Source: the human T2T-CHM13v2.0 reference genome, Homo sapiens
DNA: 64,000 nucleotides
Assembly: GCF_009914755.1 (NCBI RefSeq)
Contig: NC_060939.1
Reading direction: 5' to 3' (one strand)
Below are positions 55,798 through 64,000 of the stretch, one piece after another. The notes beneath the pieces are model-generated. The model saw only the letters and a program-made list of their open reading frames with translations. It made no database searches and was not told where the DNA came from. A program made the translations under genes and the position numbers. Within the stretch, counting starts at the first letter, position 1; each line of letters starts with the position of its first letter.

Positions 55798-58700
55798 CCT
55801 ATCAGAGATGTGATGCTGTTTTAAACCTCCCACCCAGGACCCTGTGCCCGGGAGATGCACTTGCCCCACAACTCACATAAATGTATGTAGGTGACATTTC
55901 ACTCTTTTGGGGAGGGGGGCTCCAGACTGCCTTCCTCATGGACTGAGATAAGGTAGAGAGAAAGAAAACTCACAGCCACACAGCACGTCTGACTTAGTTC
56001 TTTTCCTTTTAATAGCAACCTAGCACCTCTGAGAATCAGAAAGATAGGGGAGGGCGCTTGGAGCACCAGCTGCACCAACGCTGGCAGGATGAAAATATTT
56101 ATGCACCAATGAAGCACTAGCTGCTTTCAGAGACCTCCTTTGAACTGTTAATCAAGCCCAATCTTTCAGAATAATAGCCTGATTATTACCGCCCTGTTTG
56201 CATAACAACGAAGCCCAATAAGACTTATTTTGCAGTGCACGAGGGGGTGTGAAGGATCGACCCTGAGAAAGGAGTCCTAGGAATGCAGTGAGCTGCTGCA
56301 GAGCCTGAACCCAGGAATAAAGACAATGCAATTTGCCACCAAGAAAAGCTCAACAGACCAATAAATTACCCGCGTGCAAAGGGATTAGATCAGGTTTCAG
56401 TTACTGTGTAGGAGGGGTGGGGTGAGCCGGAGAGGGAAAAGACCTGCCCTCTCTTAAAGGGGTAAGGCTCATTTTGAGTGCAAGCCCCAGGGTCAAGCTG
56501 TTTTTGTCCAACTCTGTGGCCTGCGTGGGAACTGCCTGAGTTCAATTACTTGCTCCAAGTTCTGGACCCTTCTATGTGCCGGGCACTGTGATTAATGCTG
56601 TTTCTGGAACAAACCCCAGTTAATCTCTGCGCTCAGGTATGGTCAATCACATAAACTTCTAGAATACAAAGCAAACATGTTTCATCTCAACACTTAACAG
56701 CAACAAAGGTTTAAGAATGGAAGTACGAGAAGGTATCAGGGAAGTAGCATTTCAATGAGGTCCTGAATTTGACGGGTGATGAAGGGCAAAGATCTGACGA
56801 CAGGGACCTCCAGAACAACTGAGCTTGGCAGGAGGCGACATGCTGGCTGGTCAGAGTGTAGCCAGGAGTTTGGGGCCAGACACGGAAACCTAGAGTGCCA
56901 CCTGTGCCCATTAGGAAGCAAATGTCGCTCAGCTTCAAACCACTTTGCTCTCTGGTGCAGGGATTCTGCAAACCCCATCTCTTTCGTCACTGGGTTCCCT
57001 GTTAAATTTCCCCACAAGGGGACACTAGATGGAGAAGGGAAGGTGGGAGGCAGGAGACAGGTTTACCTGCCGTCCCCAAGGCTGCTTCTCCCACCACTTA
57101 CCAGCAGCAGCGGCCCTTCTTCCCCATCAGAGTCCCGGGCCCTCCTCCAAACCTGCCTTCCTTCTGTCCCTCTGGCTGCAGGGGTGGAAGCTGCTTCTGC
57201 CACTCTGTGTCCCAGCGGTCCCTCTTTGCCCTTTCAGTCTTCCCATGCCCATAACAATGCCCTACACGAAGTCCCCTCTGCGGAAACATCCCGGGTGGGT
57301 TTTGCTTTTCTGATTGGACCCTGGCACACCAGCCTAAGGATTTCTGCTTTTTTCCAATAGATGGCAGGGAGCCCCTGAAGCATTTTCAGTGAGCACCCAG
57401 GGCGTGATCAGAACACTATTTTAGGAAGCAGTGTAACTGAAGAGGCGATGGCTTCAATTAGGATGGAGGCAGGCGGAGGGAAGGGAGGGAGAGCAGCTTA
57501 AAAAAGAAATCACTGCCAGCGCCTGTGGAGACACTAGCCTTGAAGCCTCAGACCTCCCATGTCCCTTTCCTCACTGTCCACCTAGCCTGAGCGGCAGATG
57601 CTGAGATGCCCTCCTTAGCCACATGGTATGTCCCCCGTTCAAAGGAGGTGGAGGAGGGAGCACTGAGCCAGGGGGCTGGCCGGCTCACACCCAGTGAGAC
57701 TCACGCTGCCACCCCTCCCCACCCTCTCCTGTCCTTTGTGCCTCAGTGCTGGATCTCACAGGGGACAGGAACAGACGCACCACCCATATGTGGCAAACTC
57801 TGGCCAGAGCAGTATTCGGGAGTCTCTGAGTTGAGATGCCTGAGGCTGCCTGTTTGTGTCACTCCTGCAGGAATTTCACTCTGTCATCCTGGTGTAAACA
57901 TCCAGGTGTTTGGCATCAGATACCGAAAGGAACACACCCAGGTGAGCGCGGGATTTTTCACCAGGTGCAGCAGACCCTACCTTTAACCTACAAGCAGCCA
58001 GAATGTGTCACCTTTTCTAAAATGCATTCCTCCCTGAGTCTAGCCCAAGAATGTTCCAAGGAACCTGTGACTCCAATGTGGCTCCCACCCTTTGAATCCA
58101 CTGGAAATTTTCTAGGAGGTTTTCTCTAGAAACCAGCCACAGGAGAAAGAGGGAGCTTCTCAGGGAACCTCAGTTGACTGTGGAGGTGGGGGTCAGTTGG
58201 GGTGCTGGGGTTGTGGAGGGGTAACTCACAGCCACGTGAGCATGGGCAAAAGTGGCCGAATGCCACTCACGGAGCTCAGGCAGGAGGTACTGCCCGTGTC
58301 ACAGCCAGCCAGGGCTGCTTTGCCCCAGCCTCACTCATACCAAGTGGCTACACGAAACCACACCGTGTGCCAAGGGAAAGGGCACACCTCAGCTTTCCAC
58401 ACTACCCTCCCATCCCCCAGTTCCTCCTGGGGCCATGTGGAGGCAGACCACGGGCAAGTAGGATGGTGTGAGAGTGTGGTGTTCACCCTCTGGCCAAGGC
58501 CACAAGCAGCTTCAGTGGGGGGGCTGATAGCTTCTCTAGGCAAGAGGAGCCCTAGGCTGGCAAGGGCTGGACACAGGATTCCACGCCGGCACCATCCTGT
58601 CTCAGGGCAGAGTTAGATAAGCTACTCCGAGTTCCACAAGATAGGTGATTATAGGCAGACATAACTTTCCAGATGTAAACGATGCTTGCAGGTGAGCACT

Positions 58701-59328
58701 TTGGTCCTCCAGCTTTGAGGCATACCTCCTTCTCCTGAGTCTAGGGCTGGCGCTGCCTCTAGTGACCCTGGGCTCCTCCGCCTAGCCTGCGGGTCTAAAT
58801 GCCTTTGAAGTGGCTTTTCTCCCTCAATGCTGCCGGCAGGCAGGCCTTCCTCCTTCACCTTCTGCGTGTGGGGGAAGAACAAATGCAAGCCAGCCAGGCT
58901 CCTGCCCAGCCTGCGCACACGCGTGTGTGGGTCTGTGTTCATGTGGCATTTCTTAGCACAGGGAGCAACTGGGCTTCCTTCTGCGGGGACCTAGGTGCGG
59001 AGGCATCACTGTAATCGGGTATTCTGCCGGCTGGAGTGAAATGGTGCATGAAATGAATCCATAAGCAAAACCCAACAGACATAAATCTGACTTGGGAACA
59101 TGTGCACAATGACAGCTTTGCCAGCTTGTCTTCCTGTGGCTGGGTGGCATCGTCCTCTTTAGAATGCTATGCCATGGTGAGCAAGAGGCAGAGGGCCTTT
59201 GGGAGGAGGCAAAAATGCTAGATCCTTGGAAAATGCATATCCTCATCATATCCCCAAAGTCTATTTCTTGTTCCGCATCTCAAGCCTTCTATACCACACA
59301 GTACAGAGTCCAATATACCACATGGTAA

Positions 59329-59507
59329 TTTTTTTTTTTTTTTTAGATGGAGTCTTGCTCTGTTGCCCAGACTGGAGTGCAGCAGTGGGATCTCGGCTCA
59401 CTGCAACCTCCGCATCCCAGGTTCAAGCAATTCTTCTGCCTCAGCCTCCTGAGTAGCTGGGATTACAGGCACATGCCACAATGCCCAGCTAATTTTTTTG
59501 TATTTTT
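59329..59507 (-). mobile_element. Alu right arm and tail (3' half of an Alu split by the YBX2 retrocopy)
   Basis: Poly-T and right arm up to the linker aatttttttgtattttt. Confidence 0.93.
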
Positions 59508-59510
59508 TTT

Positions 59511-61037
59511 CCAAGACCACAGGAAAGCCTGTTTTTGTTTTCACTGGAGGTTCAGGTGGCACATGACAGATGATAAAATGGCTTCAGAGGTTGGGGGCCG
59601 GGAGAAAACAAAAATAAACTTGGGGGGCAAAGAAAAACAACCAGGAGGAGGTTGAGAGCTGGCTGGTTCCTTCTCAGCCTGAGTTAGGGGAGGGGGTTGG
59701 TGTCTCTGAACAGTAAGCTCCCTTCCTTCAACCCTTGATAAGGGAAGAAAAAAAAAAAAAAGCAAAAGGCTGTTGCTTTGGCCCTCCTGAGTCTCAAAGA
59801 AAAGATGAAAAGCTGGTATTTTGATGCCATGAATTATGGGAAACGGGGAACAGGGTACTGGGTAGGGTACAGGTCAGTTGGAAAAACTGGCAGATAGCAG
59901 ATGGCAGCTCTGGGTGTCCTTTGAGTTGGAATCACTCCAGGATGGTGGTGGCGGGGTCCCCACTGTTGATAGGGGCTGAGGTCTCAGGGGCTGCGGGCTG
60001 CCGGGGGCCGGGGCCTGCTGCCCTCTCTGCTGGAAGTAGGGGTGGTTTCGTGGGCCCTGGGGCTCAGGCCGGGGACCATCAGCGGGACCGTGGCTGGGCT
60101 TGGTCTCACCGTCCCCACCTTCCGTGGTAGGCTGGCTGGGGTGGTCTGGGCCAGAATTGAGGTAGGGGAACCCGCTCACCTCCCTGCTGTTGCTGCCCCT
60201 CCAATGGGGCTCTTTGGGCTCTACCCCGTCAGTGCTCTCTGTAGGCTGTTGCTGGCTGGGGGGCCGAGGGACTCGCACAAACCACCGTCGGTAGAAGAAG
60301 GGTGGGGGGCGCCGTCGTCTGGGCCGCTGCGCGGAGTCTTTGGCCCGTTCCCCTTCTCTGCCAGGTTCTGTCCCCGCTGAAGGGATCTCTGCCACCATGG
60401 GTGGTGGGGCAACTGAGGGAGGCCGGGGGATGAATCGGCGAAACTTACGTAGGTTGGGGGCATAACAGCTGCCCTTCACGGGCACCTCCCCGGGCCCAGT
60501 TACATTAGCGGCTTCTGCACCCTTCTCTCCTTCCACGACATCAAATTCCACAGTCTCCTCATCTCCAACGCTGCGCAGAAACTTCCTGGGCTTCTTTTAA
60601 TAGCTGTCTGGTGAACAAAGACATCTTCCTTGGCGTCATTCCTGTGGATGAATCCGTAACCATTCCGGACGTTGAACCATTTGACAGTGCCCAGGACTCG
60701 GAGTGCCAGCAGCACCAGCTTGTTCGCGTGACTCCAGGTGGGGGAAACGGGGGGCGGGGGTTTCCAAGGCCGCCGTCGTTGCCAGGGCTGCCGCCGGGTT
60801 GCCACGGGTGCGGGGGCCAGGCACCAAGGGGGTCCCATCCCAGCAGCGGGGCCCGAGGCGACTCCGCCCCTGCCACCGCCCTCCCCGCCACCTGCTTTCT
60901 GGGGCTTCCCTGCGGGCACTGGTACCACCACCGCTACCACCCCGGGCATCGTCGCCGTGGGGACTGCCGTCACCACCGCCGCCGCCTCCACCTCGCTCAT
61001 CCTGCCGGGTCCAGTACCGGCCCCCGCCGCCGCCCGG
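59511..61037 (-). pseudogene. YBX2: Processed pseudogene of YBX2 (MSY2/contrin), probably the annotated YBX2P2
   Basis: Intronless copy from MSEVEAAA through the cold-shock domain ([14 protein letters not shown]...[31 protein letters not shown]) to the ancestral stop at 59932-59934, plus 3' UTR. Multiple frameshifts, short poly(A), flanked by a TSD. Confidence 0.95.
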
Positions 61038-61159
61038 TTTTTTATATTTTTGGTAGAGACAGGTTGGCCAGGCTGGTCTTAAACTCCTGACCTCAAGTGA
61101 TCCACCCGCCTCGGCCTCCCAAAGTGCTGGGATTACAGGTGTGAGCCACCGAGCCTGGC
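61038..61159 (-). mobile_element. Alu left arm (5' half of the same split Alu)
   Basis: ttttttatatttttggtagagac...gtgagccaccgagcctggc; outer TSD accacatgg(t/c)a shared with 59317-59327. Confidence 0.93.
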
Positions 61160-62430
61160 ACCACATGGCATATTTAATGACATATTTATCCAAAATCTGT
61201 GCATGGGCTCAGGGCAGGAGTCTGGGTTCTACTTCTGGCTCTGCCATGCAACTGGCTATGTGTGCAATGTCGGGAAAACCTCTCTGACCCTGTGTTTCCT
61301 CATCAGTGAAATGGGAATGATGATCCTCACGGGAATGGCCTTAAGGCATTTGGCAGAATGCCTGCTACACTGTGGCCACTCAACCAAAAGAGCTTTAAAA
61401 ATTATTACTCTCCTTCAAATGATCCTACTTTGGAGAGAAGGATATAAAGGTATTATATCTTGAAAGATGTTTGTGAAATGTTCATTTAGTGATGGTTGTC
61501 TGTGGGAGGTTGGATTTTGGGTTATTTTTATTTTATTACTTATCCCTTTCAGCTTTCAGAGTTAAAAATGAGTACTGTTTTTATAACCAGAAAAAATTAT
61601 TTTGGAAAAAAACTTGAGTATCTGGAAAAAAGAAAAAAAAATCCTGTGGTCTTTGCCCATTGAGCAAAACCCAAAACAAACAGAAACACACACAAAAACC
61701 CAAGGGCCCTGTAGTTCCCAGGACTATGTGGGTGTGCTTGGGGTGGGTGGAGAAAAGAAGGGCATATAGAAACAGAAATGAGGTTCCTGCTTTTATAAAC
61801 AGAACTGGTGCTTTACAAGAGGACAAAAACGTAAGGCCCATGAGGCACCAAGCCCAGCAGGTGGCTCAGTTGTCAGCAACCAAGGTAACAGGTGTCCCCG
61901 GCGTCGGGGGGGTCTGCACTGGACCCCTGTAGACGGCACTGAGCTTGGAGTGGTGAAACTGGGCAGTGTCCAGAGCAATGCCTTAGAGTGGCCAGGTGGG
62001 GTGTGGTGGGGTGGTATATGGGGAGGCAAGCAGGGAGCAAAGGGGTGACCCAGGGCTTGGGGATGTGCTGGAAGCCTTGGAAATGAGCTTGGGAAAAGTC
62101 GGGGGCCGGGAGTTAGAGACCCTCCCTTCTGATGCTCCAAAGCAGGCCATGAGCAGCCATGAGCTCCTGGGCAGGAGTTTCAGAGTGATTCATTTGGCAC
62201 CATGGCGAGGATCGGGGGAGGCAGGCAGGTCCTAAGCCTGTCTGCTGTTGCAATGGCAGCAAGGTGACAGAGGGAACAGGCAGGACCAGGAGGAGGAAGG
62301 ACCCATGGCCCCAGGTGATTAGACCACATGGAGGGGCCCACTTCACACCCAGGACTTCACAGATCTGGACAGGGGAGTCCCTAACAGATACAGGCTAGGC
62401 ATGAGTCCAGGGGACAGGAGAGGATAAAAC

Positions 62431-62549
62431 TAGGGTTTTAATCTAACTGTCCTGGTGTGCCAGGGACTGAGGATAGTTCTCAGGACATATAGATTCCAGT
62501 TTTAAAACTAGGAAAGTCCTGGGCAAACTGGGATAAGTTGGCTACCTTC
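62431..62549. mobile_element. MER81-like hAT DNA element
   Basis: tagggt...gtcctggtgtgccagggactga...aaaactaggaaagtcctgggcaaactggga...gttggctacc palindromic structure. Confidence 0.7.
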
Positions 62550-63049
62550 AAAGAAATACTGTCTTCAATTTAAGGCTGGTTGAATTTTTGCCAAGCAGCA
62601 AAACAGCATGGCCCCTAACTGCTACTCAACCAAAACCTAAAGTTGGGGTTCTCTGCCCAGTTCTAGGCCTCGCACATTTCACCAAAGACAAGATCTCTAG
62701 CAGGAACGACACTCTCCCCAACATGTAAACTGGTCCCCACCTTCAGCCTCTTATCTTCCAAGGCCTCCTCTTCTCCATCTCATAGAGTGGCCTTATCTGT
62801 GCCCACAGATCACCTCTCCCCAGCTCCCATCCTCTGAGCGCTGGAGTGACTACTAGCCATTTCTCCAACCTTGCAAAGACCTTTCCCTTCCTCAGATCAC
62901 AAGACTAGAGATCCTTTCCCTTTCTCCTCAATACACCCTCAGGGCCTAGTGGCTGGCCATCTGTAGAGTTTTATGTGCGTGCTCTCCCTGGGAGCCAATG
63001 CGCTGCTCTGCAGGTGCCGTCACACACTGGTTGCTAGCTGGCTGGTTCT

Positions 63050-63385
63050 TGCCACTGAACATCAACTCCGAATTCACCTTTTAAAGCCTAACCCCAAAGT
63101 GATGGTATGAGAAGTAGGAGGGATCTGGGAAGTGATTAGGTCATCAGGGTGGAGGTTTCAAGAATGGGATTAGTGCTCTTATAAAAGGGACCCCACAGAG
63201 TGCCCTCACTTCTGCCCTGTGAGGACAGAGCTGTAAGGCACCATCTACAAACCAGACATCAAATCTGCCAGCACCTATCACTCTTGGACTTTTCAGCCTT
63301 CAGAACTGTGAGCAATAAATGTCTGTCATGTATAAGCCACCCACTTATGGTATTTTGTTACAGCAGCCCAAACAAACTAAGACAC
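63050..63385 (+). mobile_element. MaLR LTR (MLT1A-like)
   Basis: gtgattaggtcatcagggtggag...cagaactgtgagcaataaatgtctg...aaactaagaca. Confidence 0.8.
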
Positions 63386-63442
63386 TCTCCCCTTGGGACA
63401 CAAAGTCCTACTGGGAGAGCAATAGTGTGGTAAGCAGGCTGA

Positions 63443-63852
<410 letters not shown>

Positions 63853-63955
63853 TAGTTACCCACTGAGGACTAACATTTCTAAAACAGCTGCAGTTCAAAG
63901 TATAAGGGGAAGAAAGAAGGAACAAAGAAAGTCTGGAGTGCAATAGTTCTTAGAA

Positions 63956-64000
63956 CAGCGATCCTCAAACTTGAGCATGCATCAGAGCTCTCTGGAGGGC
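63956..64000. mobile_element. MER5A start (truncated by the window edge)
   Basis: cagcgatcctcaaacttgagcatgcatcagagctctctggagggc. Confidence 0.7.

Overview
This is human genomic DNA, recognisable as the CHD2/RGMA locus on 15q26.1. It is not a microbial accessory region. The + strand carries the last five coding exons of CHD2 (exons 35-39 in the usual 39-exon numbering) and a 3' UTR of about 3.3 kb. The - strand carries the last two coding exons and 3' UTR of RGMA, arranged tail-to-tail with CHD2, and most of a large upstream RGMA intron. That intron contains a processed YBX2 pseudogene which has inserted into the central A-rich linker of an Alu; nested target-site duplications (TSDs) are visible for both events. 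The intergenic gap holds a solo LTR12/ERV9 LTR that appears to lack its R-region poly(A) signal. The rest is typical primate interspersed repeats (Alu, L1, L2, MIR, MaLR/ERVL/ERV1 LTRs, MER DNA elements) plus a 5' U6 snRNA fragment. Nearly all other ORFs in the track are repeat-derived or chance GC-rich ORFs. I find no support for a wholly new biological system; the findings are local structural and regulatory hypotheses. Repeat family names come from recalled consensus similarity, not a database search, and old-repeat boundaries are approximate.
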